Shown here piece after piece: positions 1-8,255 of a stretch of DNA of 62,805 bases. The position numbers and the translations under genes are program-made. Within the stretch, counting starts at the first letter, position 1, and each line of letters opens with the position of its first letter. The stretch is from a virus (taxonomy: Duplodnaviria > Caudoviricetes), in IMG/VR virus record IMGVR_UViG_3300029317_000001, positions 1-62,805 of that record, one strand, 5' to 3'. The notes below the pieces were generated by a model, which was not told the origin of the DNA, ran no database searches, and saw only the letters and a list, made by a program, of their open reading frames with translations.

Positions 1-127
1 GCATCACCATCTAATGGTAGTCCTGCTTGTAAGGCTTCCTCTTTACTAATGTAACCCCAGTACTCCAAGACTTCCCAGAGTTTACCTTCGTTCATGATTG
101 CTTCTTCTTCCCGCACGATATGCTCGA
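1..127. repeat. 127-nt terminal overlap identical to 62679-62805 (circular assembly overlap)
   Basis: The GCATCACCATCTAATGG...GATATGCTCGA sequence occurs at both ends, inside the portal ORF; 127 is a typical assembler k-mer. Confidence 0.95.
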
Positions 128-1109
128 AACGCATGTTCACGTAGTTAGCACCAGCATCAATACACTTCTGCACCTTATCAGCACGGAAACCATCCATACC
201 TAGGAAATCACGCATCTGCTTAGCAGTCTTACGGTGTCTCTCTATTACGAACTCAGCATCCTCGAACACGATAGCATTAGGATCAACGTACAGGTCCCAT
301 AGAGATGTCGAGCGAACCTTAGGTTGCTTAATCTTCTCAGGAGCGTACTTACCTTCAACCCATTTATGTATAGTCTTCTTCTCAGTAAACACACCTTTCA
401 TAAGGCCGCTACCTAGTAAGCAGGCTTCAAACACTGACTTACGTAGCTCAGTACTCGCATTAGATTCCTCTAGTTGATCTTGGATTAACTTGGTCATCTT
501 CTCGGCTGCCTTAGCTGCTGGAGATAACTGAGCGAACTGACCACCTGACTTATCACGCCCTTCCTTCAACCCTTGATACAAAGGATCAGACTCTTTCCAA
601 GACATATTAGCCTGTGTAGCACCTGCGGCCATCTCTTGACCATCGCCTTCAAAACCAATACCGAAGTCTTCTTGTGACTCCTGTGCGTTAGGATCATTGA
701 CTGCTATATTAGGAGCACCGCTTGAAACTGGGGTTGACTCTATCATCAAAGGGAAACGTGAGTTCTGAAGTAAGGACTCCATGATTTGCGCATAAGCTGC
801 ACGGGTCTTCACTGTGGTTGTACGGATATAAGGTTTGTGTTCTTCGCTTCCACGGAACTCGCCCTTAGTATCATTCTTACCTGCTTGGTTACTGTCGATA
901 CCACGGTACGCAAGTAAGTTCTTAATCCATTGGTTCTCAGCAGTAAACCGTGAGGTATCTGCTTGAGATAGTTGTTCTCGTACACGGGCGACTAAAGGCC
1001 CCATACGCATCATCTCGTCCATTTCTTCGTCCAGCTTAAGTTGGTCTGGATCCATTGGGACTTCGATGGTTTCTTCTGGTGTTGGCTTAGCGCCTAATAG
1101 ACTTGCCAT
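1..1109 (-). CDS. Portal protein, 5' part (continues across the contig junction into 62678-61727; ~686 aa in total)
   Basis: ATG at 1109 with AGGAG upstream; same frame as ORF 61727..62794 after joining the overlap; lies between terL and scaffold/capsid. Confidence 0.85.
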   Translation of the reverse strand, partial: MASLLGAKPTPEETIEVPMDPDQLKLDEEMDEMMRMGPLVARVREQLSQADTSRFTAENQWIKNLLAYRGIDSNQAGKNDTKGEFRGSEEHKPYIRTTTVKTRAAYAQIMESLLQNSRFPLMIESTPVSSGAPNIAVNDPNAQESQEDFGIGFEGDGQEMAAGATQANMSWKESDPLYQGLKEGRDKSGGQFAQLSPAAKAAEKMTKLIQDQLEESNASTELRKSVFEACLLGSGLMKGVFTEKKTIHKWVEGKYAPEKIKQPKVRSTSLWDLYVDPNAIVFEDAEFVIERHRKTAKQMRDFLGMDGFRADKVQKCIDAGANYVNMRFEHIVREEEAIMNEGKLWEVLEYWGYISKEEALQAGLPLDGD

Positions 1110-1207
1110 TGCAATCTCCTATATAAAGTTAAAGTAGGGACACATTGCATGTCGGATTCCAGATATAACTGGAGTTTTCACAGGAAGATTCCCTGTATAT
1201 GAGGAAT

Positions 1208-1283
1208 TGGCGTAAGGGCTAGGACTCGAACCTAGGACAACTTCATTAACAGTGAAGCGCTCTACCAACTGAGCTACCCGAAC
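1208..1283 (-). tRNA. tRNA-Asn(GTT) with two acceptor-stem mismatches
   Basis: Cloverleaf GTTCGGG TA GCTCAGTTGGTAGAGC G CTTCA CTGTTAA TGAAG TTGTC CTAGG TTCGAGT CCTAG CCCTTAC G CCA. Confidence 0.85.
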
Positions 1284-1290
1284 GTTAAGG

Positions 1291-3312
1291 CTACTGGAAG
1301 TAACCTCGGTATCTTTCGAAACCTTGTGCGCTGGTCTTATGCCTCATACCTCTTTCTTGTATTGTGAGTGCTTGTGGCCTAGACATTAGCAGGTAACGTA
1401 AACAGTCTAAAATATCCCAGTGATGCATTCGACCTTTCGACTTCAGTCGCTTCTCATCGATATCATCAGGCTTCTTAGGATTGATCCTCGCGGTTAACAA
1501 CTGTTCAATCAACCTCACGCAGCTGGTATGAACGAGAAGGTTAGGAGCGCCCGTCTCAGGGTTAATCAATAACCTCTGGTACACTTGGTTCCATCCTGCC
1601 TCTCGGTTCCTATCGGCTGGCCTAGGTTGTATTCCTATAGCAGCTAATTGTTCCCTAACTCCAGGTCCTACGTGTCCCGCCATCTTAAAGACGGAAGCAT
1701 CAATTATACGATCGACACCTTGTGGCATATAACCCTCATGCTCCTTCACTGCTCGACCCCAAGACTGGTGGTCAAACTCAATACACTCGAGTTCACTGTA
1801 GATAGTTATCTGTCCTGTCTTAGGACACACAGCGCCCCAAAGGGAAGCCGCGGGATCCTTGTAACCGTAATCCAATGCGTTAATCACGGACCAATGCATC
1901 GGAGGTAACTCATCAGTAGTATGAACACCTTCAGCAAAAGCAAACATCGCATCTTCGCCAACCATCCAATCACCTTCAAGTAATTGTTTACGCTGGACCT
2001 CAGGTAAAGCATTCAGCATCTTCCTGTACGGAGACATCTCTTCTTCACCTACTGGTGTATCTAGGTAGGGATTATCCTCTAGTTTCGCAGGTATGAACTT
2101 GTAACTCAAGCCATTCTTGTAGAACGTTGTATTCGGTGGAGCAGAGTCTATGAATAGTTCCTTGACCCACGGAGAACCTCCTGGGTTTGCCGAGGCTCGA
2201 ATGTAACACTTGATCTCAGGATTAGCATTACGTAGACGTGATAACAAGTATATGAAACCTGCGTCACTACGTTGATGCTGGATCTCATCGAAACCAATGT
2301 ATGAATAAGGTAAACCCTGATAGTTATCAAGATCTTCTTCTCTGTCTAGGTAACCAAACTGAATGGTTGCGCCTGACGGGAAGTACCATACGTTCTCTGA
2401 CTTGTTGAACTTAGCTCCCGGAAATGCCTTGGGATATAGACTACGGGATACCGAGATCAACTCCTTAAGCATTGGACTTGTTCGACGGATTAGAAGTCCT
2501 CGGTAACCATCATGTTGACAGTATCTCAACACATCTACTAGCATAGCATATGATTTACCACCACCTGCCGCGCCACCATAGAGTACTATGTCTTCATCTG
2601 CTGCATGGAATTCCGCTTGCTTAGCAGTTGGTTCATACAGTACTTTCTTGCCTGTGGCCTTCTTGATTTGCTCTATTTGACCAAGGGCTTCCTCGCGTTC
2701 TTCCTTGGTACTCTTGATATCTTTAGCTGTACGTCCTGTCTTCTTCGCTGACTTAGCTAGCCGTCTCTTAGCTAACTGTGCTTCTTTCTCAAGCTGGACT
2801 ATTAGTTTCTTCTCACTAGCGATCTTACGTGCTTCAGTTAACTGCTTGGTACGTTTATCAGTCATCGGATTAAGCTTTTGTTTACCTAGAGCATTTGCTA
2901 TCTTCTTCCTAGCCTTAGCATCAGTCGTAGAGCTACGCTCCTTGTCCTTAAGTTCCAGTCGTGTTTGGCAACGGTTCCATATATTGGACATCTGGCCGTT
3001 AGAACTAATGTTATATCCTAAGTGCTCTAGTTTCTCCCTAGATTCCTTAATGCTTAACTTCATACTGTAGCGAGCCGCGAACATAGCTTGTACATAGGGT
3101 ACATAAAGTACGGGATCCACTAACCAGAACCCTGATTCATCAGTAGCCGTGTGGAATAAGGGCTGCTTAATAGATTTCACTGGCTCATATACTAGTTTCT
3201 GCCAGAGATCCTCTAGATTCGGGCTAATTTCTAGTAGTTTCGCGTATGTTTCCTCGGATGGGTAACCAATGGAGGACTTTCCGTAGGTTTCGAGTGTGTC
3301 CTTAAAGTTCAT
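1291..3312 (-). CDS. terL: Terminase large subunit with long N-terminal extension
   Basis: Walker A GGAAGGGKS, Walker B IGFDE, ASANPGG, nuclease ALDYG and HHWDILDCLRY; likely start MNFKD with AGGAG RBS (ORF track starts at 3363). Confidence 0.93.
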   Translation of the reverse strand: MNFKDTLETYGKSSIGYPSEETYAKLLEISPNLEDLWQKLVYEPVKSIKQPLFHTATDESGFWLVDPVLYVPYVQAMFAARYSMKLSIKESREKLEHLGYNISSNGQMSNIWNRCQTRLELKDKERSSTTDAKARKKIANALGKQKLNPMTDKRTKQLTEARKIASEKKLIVQLEKEAQLAKRRLAKSAKKTGRTAKDIKSTKEEREEALGQIEQIKKATGKKVLYEPTAKQAEFHAADEDIVLYGGAAGGGKSYAMLVDVLRYCQHDGYRGLLIRRTSPMLKELISVSRSLYPKAFPGAKFNKSENVWYFPSGATIQFGYLDREEDLDNYQGLPYSYIGFDEIQHQRSDAGFIYLLSRLRNANPEIKCYIRASANPGGSPWVKELFIDSAPPNTTFYKNGLSYKFIPAKLEDNPYLDTPVGEEEMSPYRKMLNALPEVQRKQLLEGDWMVGEDAMFAFAEGVHTTDELPPMHWSVINALDYGYKDPAASLWGAVCPKTGQITIYSELECIEFDHQSWGRAVKEHEGYMPQGVDRIIDASVFKMAGHVGPGVREQLAAIGIQPRPADRNREAGWNQVYQRLLINPETGAPNLLVHTSCVRLIEQLLTARINPKKPDDIDEKRLKSKGRMHHWDILDCLRYLLMSRPQALTIQERGMRHKTSAQGFERYRGYFQ

Positions 3313-3349
3313 AGGAGCTCCTGTGGAGGCCGTGGGGCCATTATAAAGT

Positions 3350-3374
3350 AAAAAAGGTACCATAGGGTACCTTT
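3350..3374 (-). terminator. Intrinsic terminator-like hairpin between terS and terL
   Basis: On - strand AAAGGTACC-CTAT-GGTACCTTTTTT. Confidence 0.6.
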
Positions 3375-3385
3375 AGGGTCGATCG

Positions 3386-3757
3386 TTAACTAGAGGGCGT
3401 CTGAGAGGCCTTAGCTGGTAGTATGAAGATTCCGTTCTCGTTCTCAATGGATACTTCAACGGATGTATGCTTGGTTAAACCTACGCGATCCATGATTTCC
3501 TTGGAAGCCGCTAGCTTCAGTTCACCTTTCTCAGTACCCGCATCAGCGTCCATGAGTTCAATAGTAGTATTGGAAGCCTTGAGAGCAGCAATTGCTAAGT
3601 TGTCTCTGGCTCGCTCGATAACTGCGTCCTTCAACTTCTTAGCTAGAAGGTATCCTTGGGCTGCTGAGATACCAGTAGCAGCTGATGCCGCCTTAATGGT
3701 TGCTTCTGTTTCTAAATGTAGAAGAAAGAGTTCTTCTGTTTCCGTGTAGTTGGACAT
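3386..3757 (-). CDS. Putative terminase small subunit
   Basis: 123 aa directly upstream of terL; N-terminal HTH-like segment and KLAASKEIMDRVG motif resembling TerS proteins. Confidence 0.6.
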   Translation of the reverse strand: MSNYTETEELFLLHLETEATIKAASAATGISAAQGYLLAKKLKDAVIERARDNLAIAALKASNTTIELMDADAGTEKGELKLAASKEIMDRVGLTKHTSVEVSIENENGIFILPAKASQTPSS

Positions 3758-3793
3758 ATGCCCTCCTCAAGTTGAGCTGTCTAAGCGACCCCT

Positions 3794-4354
3794 CTAGAAT
3801 AATAATGAATGTTTGTTAGTGTCTGGATCAGTTTCCAATAGGAGGAACTCACACATCCACTTGAGCTCTTGGATCAAGCGTTCCAGTGTTCGTAGTGGGA
3901 TACCTAGGTCCTCAGAGATAGTGATGTACATCTTACCTTCCATGAGAGCATCATAGATCTTATGTTGCACGGGATCCATAGCACTTCGTAGCATTGACTC
4001 TAGTTCCGTTAGGTCATCGGTAGCCGAGCCTATCACTGAATCCGCTAGAGAAGTGTTGTCCTCCTCCTTTAGTTGTACGTGGTAAGTGGTAAGTTTCTTA
4101 CTTTTTAATTTATCTATGCAAACGCAACGAGCAGCTATACGGACATAAGTCTTCGTTATGTACATAGGATTCGCTCGTATAACCTTCTCACACGCGTCCA
4201 TCGCTAGATCCTCTAGGCTAACATGAGACCCGAAGTAAGGTAACGTCTGACTGTCGGACTTCTTGCCAATGAACTTCTTAACTCCTAATAAAGCTTGTTC
4301 ATAGATTTCACTGGAAGTTATAGTAGAGATTTGTTTGTTTAATGGATGAATCAT
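3794..4354 (-). CDS. ECF-like RNA polymerase sigma factor (probable late-gene sigma)
   Basis: Region-2-like EDLAMDACEKV...TYVRIAARCVCIDKLKSKK and region-4-like HTH EGKMYITISEDLGIPLRTLERL; start MIHP has a CAGGAG RBS. Confidence 0.7.
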   Translation of the reverse strand: MIHPLNKQISTITSSEIYEQALLGVKKFIGKKSDSQTLPYFGSHVSLEDLAMDACEKVIRANPMYITKTYVRIAARCVCIDKLKSKKLTTYHVQLKEEDNTSLADSVIGSATDDLTELESMLRSAMDPVQHKIYDALMEGKMYITISEDLGIPLRTLERLIQELKWMCEFLLLETDPDTNKHSLLF

Positions 4355-4384
4355 AGGTTGCTCCTGAAGTAGTTGATGTGCTTG

Positions 4385-4413
4385 GTTATACATGAAGAGG
4401 CGTCCTTTGTCAA
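4385..4413 (-). promoter_or_regulatory. sigma70-type promoter for the sigma-factor gene
   Basis: TTGACA-N17-TATAAC on the - strand, ~30 nt upstream of the start codon. Confidence 0.75.
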
Positions 4414-4846
4414 GGACTTTCTTAGGTTAACTTCAGTAACATGTCCATGTAGCAGAATAAATCCTAAGGCCAAACCTTGAGATTCGTCCCTAGGTAAACC
4501 TTAGTAACCTTATGGATGCTTACTAGCAGAAGAGGTAACTCTACCTACTTAGGTATACCTATGACTCTACTTCTTGTTATAACTAGTAGGAGTATCTTTA
4601 GTAGAACAACAAGTAAATACTTTAGCTAACCTAAGTTAGAGATTCTACCGCCACCATAAGAAGATCTTTCTTCTGCTTACGGTTGTAGGTCTCGGGTTAT
4701 CCTATGTTAACATGATAGGGTACGTGTGAGATCTTATGGGTACGTGGGGTCTTCGGGATCTTGAGTTTACGCGGGGCAGCTTAACGTTAACATTAGCACC
4801 CCTACTGTCCCTTCGTAACCACTGGTCAGACCTCCGATCAGCCCCA

Positions 4847-5012
4847 TGTATACAATAGTCATGCCTCAGTAGCACATGTATACAATAGACCAGCCCCATG
4901 TATACAATAGATTATCCCATGTATATAATAGTTAACTAGGGGGATATACTGTATACAATAGATTATCCCCATGTATACAATAGTTCCCTAGGTTATATAC
5001 TGTATACAATAG
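4847..5012. repeat. Array of seven TGTATACAATAG 12-mers
   Basis: Copies at 4847, 4877, 4899, 4920 (1 mismatch), 4950, 4972 and 5001. Confidence 0.95.
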
Positions 5013-5169
5013 ACCTCCCTACTGGCCACCACCAGTTTAACCACTGTAAACTATAGTGTACACTGGGTTTACACTGGGTAATGGTATGACCAGTGATTAC
5101 TTGGAGGTCTGGGGTTGACATGGGGTTCTGGGGATGATAGGGAACGCGGGGCATGGCTAGTCCTTAGTA

Positions 5170-5293
5170 CCACTGGCAAACTATTGACACCACTGTCAAA
5201 CTATTGACACCACTCTATTATCACCACTGTCAACTATTGATAACCTGACACCACTGTCAACTATTGATAACCTGACACCACTGTCAACTATTG
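5170..5293. repeat. Array of CCACTGTCAA(A)CTATTG repeats
   Basis: Copies at 5170, 5190, 5224, 5251 and 5278, a partial copy at 5210 and a related copy at 5041; the last three have a 27-nt period. Confidence 0.9.
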
Positions 5294-5655
5294 CCATATC
5301 CCCTAGAACCCCCCTGTAAGCCATTTTAAGCCGTTATTCTCCCTAGGCACCCCATACTATAGGTGACTGGAGAACACGAAATCCCTTGTAAATCATACAG
5401 TTATAGCACCATGAAATTAACCCTTTACATTGCTATGATACTTGTGTTACTCAAGACTATCCTTATTACTAGGGTTACTATGGCTATATTCTGCTATCAA
5501 ATGGTTGTATCCGTAGTTTTCCCTTGTTAATCATACAGTTACCATTTAATTTCACTTATTTACCATTTAATTGCACTTAGTTTCACTGGTCAGACCACGA
5601 TAGCCTATGCGGCTTCTAGCGCTCTTTTGCTCTACAGCCCCCTAGAATCAAGGGG

Positions 5656-5684
5656 TTGACCGATTGAGTGACGTGCCGTAATAT
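5656..5684 (+). promoter_or_regulatory. Early sigma70 promoter 1
   Basis: TTGACC-N17-TAATAT. Confidence 0.65.
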
Positions 5685-5815
5685 TCACTCATCGCTAAGA
5701 AGCGAACCGCACGGAAGCGGGTAGGTGTCAACGGTTTATTAGGCTGGCTATCTATTATAAGTAAGACAGGTGTGAGGCTTTCAAAGCGTCCTAATGAATA
5801 CTTGAGAATAAAGTG

Positions 5816-5843
5816 TTGACATAGGTTTTAATTACTATATCAT
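5816..5843 (+). promoter_or_regulatory. Early sigma70 promoter 2
   Basis: TTGACA-N16-TATCAT. Confidence 0.6.
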
Positions 5844-6010
5844 TCACTAGGTAAACAGCGCATTGTAAATCACTTTAATAGTGAAGTTGGCTAGTAACCA
5901 TAGCGCATCTAAAAAGAATACAGTGAGGTCGGTTCGCCCGCATGTGAACTAGGTTAGAAGTAAGATACTACTTAAATACTTACTCCGATTATCGACCTAA
6001 AAGATAATTA

Positions 6011-6039
6011 TTGACACGGCAAGCCACACGGTTTAAAGT
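6011..6039 (+). promoter_or_regulatory. Early sigma70 promoter 3
   Basis: TTGACA-N17-TAAAGT with AT-rich upstream element. Confidence 0.7.
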
Positions 6040-6052
6040 GTCATTCGTAAAC

Positions 6053-6092
6053 CAAGTAACCGAATGCGAGTTACTTGTAAGCTCTTTAACAA
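6053..6092 (+). promoter_or_regulatory. Hairpin plus rrn-type boxA antitermination site
   Basis: Stem CAAGTAAC/GTTACTTG followed by GCTCTTTAACAA (6081-6092), matching rrn boxA (T)GCTCTTTAACA. Confidence 0.75.
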
Positions 6093-6094
6093 TT

Positions 6095-6690
6095 AGATTA
6101 GTGTTGTTTAACATGATACGAAAGTATTATTCATAGACAAGATAACACCAGATACGTCAATAAAGCTCAGTAAAGAGGGCAATATTCTACGGTTAACCTT
6201 AGGTTAATTATAAATAGTAAGCTTACATAGTTACGTGTAGAAAAGGCGAGGTAAACACTATAAAGCAAGTTATAACGTGACAAGTCGAACGACAGCGTTT
6301 ATCTATTGCTTTACTATTGTTTGCCATTGGTTACTACCTTAGTCTTTAAAGTCTGTTCAAGTAAGTATTGCATCAATAGTTTATTCCTTAGATTACAATA
6401 GGAAATATACGACAATTGGTTCATGCCTCTAATTGATATGTCGCTACGAAATAATGAAAGTATTAATGTAAACAGCTAGGTAACAGATCGATGATTACCA
6501 ACTAAGCAGAAAAGCATAAGGCTTGCGTTTACTCGTGGTTTAATTATGTTAACGTCAATCCCTATTGGAATATAGTTGTTGATCACTGCTCTATCAAATA
6601 CGCGTTGCTAATAACGTATGAATAATATTAGCTTGGTATTAACTATTTCCACGACTTTAGGGCTTAACCCACTGTCACTTATGAATAGTT
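6095..6690 (+). ncRNA. Candidate large structured ncRNA / early leader RNA
   Basis: No ORF of 60 aa or more; many nested helices found by hand, e.g. 6344-6353/6653-6662, 6566-6577/6641-6651, 6213-6220/6311-6318, and GAAA tetraloop hairpins. Confidence 0.45.
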
Positions 6691-6738
6691 GATACTCGAA
6701 AAACCATTAGATTAACGTCTAGTGGTTTTTCGTGTATC
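6691..6738 (+). promoter_or_regulatory. Long stem-loop upstream of first early gene (RNase III-like processing site)
   Basis: GATAC-TCGAAAAACCATTAGA ttaacg TCTAGTGGTTTTTCG-TGTATC, ~20 bp near-perfect stem. Confidence 0.6.
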
Positions 6739-6772
6739 TGGCAATTAAGCCAACCAATAAGGATAATAACTA

Positions 6773-7426
6773 ATGATTTCAACTAAATCGACTAAAGTAA
6801 CTTTCGACGCAAGCGCTCCTATCAGTTCAAACGAAAGCGAGTTCAAAACAAGTTTACAAGCAATGTCTAGCGCTTATCAATCACTAGCTGGTGTTATGCA
6901 AGCTCACTTGATGGTAGCTTTACTGAATATGGATAAAGGTAATAATAGTACCCTAGTTTCAATGTGTTTGAACGCTGCTGGTGTTACTAAGGGCATAGCA
7001 TTAGCTAAAGTTGAACAGTATGTTGTAGACCATCTTACTGGCGCTAAAGTTATGAAAAAGACTGATAAACTTGGGATTATCTCTTACACGATTAAGAAAG
7101 ATAAGGAAAGTGAGCTAGCTTTTGGTGTAAAGATTCCCACGGTAACTTGGGTAGAATATTCGAGAGAAAAGAAAGATACTGTTACGAAAACAGTTGAACA
7201 GGAGATTGAATCCCTAGCTAAAGTACTAGCTGGTAAGAAGTTAACAGATGATGAAATCGAGCGAGCGGTTTCAATGGGTAAAGTGATTCGCATGGCTAAA
7301 GTGAAAGCTGAACAAGCTAAAGCACAAGCTAAGATTAGTATGAGTGCCACCAGCTCGATTGAAGATAAACGAGCGGCTTTACTAGCGCAGCTTGCATTAT
7401 TAGATGGTGATACTGTTGCAGCTTAG
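6773..7426 (+). CDS. First early protein, hypothetical
   Basis: 217-aa ORF with AAGGA RBS; Ala/Lys-rich C-terminus. Confidence 0.8.
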   Translation: MISTKSTKVTFDASAPISSNESEFKTSLQAMSSAYQSLAGVMQAHLMVALLNMDKGNNSTLVSMCLNAAGVTKGIALAKVEQYVVDHLTGAKVMKKTDKLGIISYTIKKDKESELAFGVKIPTVTWVEYSREKKDTVTKTVEQEIESLAKVLAGKKLTDDEIERAVSMGKVIRMAKVKAEQAKAQAKISMSATSSIEDKRAALLAQLALLDGDTVAA

Positions 7427-7747
7427 TAAGATCTTAGGTAACATTAGTTCAATAGTGTTATCTATAGATAGTATTAATATCTCTTTGAATACATTATTAG
7501 TCGGCTGATTCCCGATGTATTCAATAGTAATATGGGAATAAAGCATGCGGTTAGCGCCCGACTTAACGAATCAGTAGCTACACTCCGATGATACCTGTGG
7601 ACTCTAAAGACTCTATGCAATAGGTTGTCCAAAACATAAACATGAAAGTAGTCTTACCTGTAATTGCATACGGATAGGAATGACCAGAGTAAACTGGAGA
7701 ATAAATCACACCCTCCTTTAGTAAACCAACGTAACCAAGGTAACCTC

Positions 7748-8080
7748 ATGTCATTCAAACAACAAGCGTTAAACTTTCTAATCCAAGATCTATTCACTGG
7801 TCACTGCTTTGATATATGCAAGGTGAAAGCAGTAGCTAAACATATGGGGCAAAAGGAGAATGATCCTAAGTTCTCTTTGATTCGAGAGTTCCATTGTATC
7901 AGTTGGATCGATATGGCTCCTGAGTTCGTTATTGAATTGCAATCAGAAGCTCTTAGGTTACTAGGGTTTACTGAGGTAATGACTAAGGGGACTACTGAAA
8001 ATACGACGATACCCACTGATCACGTAGTTAATGTATTGAATAACCCAATGAACCCAATGAACCCAATGAATAACCAATGA
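7748..8080 (+). CDS. Hypothetical early protein with C-terminal NPM repeats
   Basis: Start MSFKQ with AAGG RBS inside ORF 7664..8080. Confidence 0.7.
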   Translation: MSFKQQALNFLIQDLFTGHCFDICKVKAVAKHMGQKENDPKFSLIREFHCISWIDMAPEFVIELQSEALRLLGFTEVMTKGTTENTTIPTDHVVNVLNNPMNPMNPMNNQ

Positions 8081-8099
8081 ACCCAAGGAATAACCAATG
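8042..8099. repeat. Degenerate AACCCAATG tandem repeat
   Basis: About six copies of AACC(C)AATG spanning the stop of one ORF and the start of the next. Confidence 0.85.
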
Positions 8100-8255
8100 A
8101 TCCCAGTAATAGTATTCAAACGCTCTGTAAAGCAAAATAAGGGACTTCGGTTCTCACTTGGTACTACGGCTACACATATCAGCTTTAGTACTCGTATGAC
8201 CCTTAGAGAGTACTTCAAGGCATGCAATCGAGCAGGAGTAACACGCTATGCTTAA
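8097..8255 (+). CDS. Small basic hypothetical protein (52 aa)
   Basis: ATG after AAGGAA; MIPVIVFKRSVKQNKGLRF...; below the ORF-track cutoff. Confidence 0.5.
   Translation: MIPVIVFKRSVKQNKGLRFSLGTTATHISFSTRMTLREYFKACNRAGVTRYA

Noticed and set aside
4847-5293. CRISPR or mini-CRISPR array
   Set aside because: Repeats are only 12-17 nt with 3-18-nt, partly repetitive spacers, and no cas genes are present; better explained as terminus/packaging repeats
7576-7652. Hammerhead ribozyme (CCGATGA...GAAA)
   Set aside because: The core reads CCGATGA rather than CTGATGA, and I could not build stems I-III with a proper cleavage triplet
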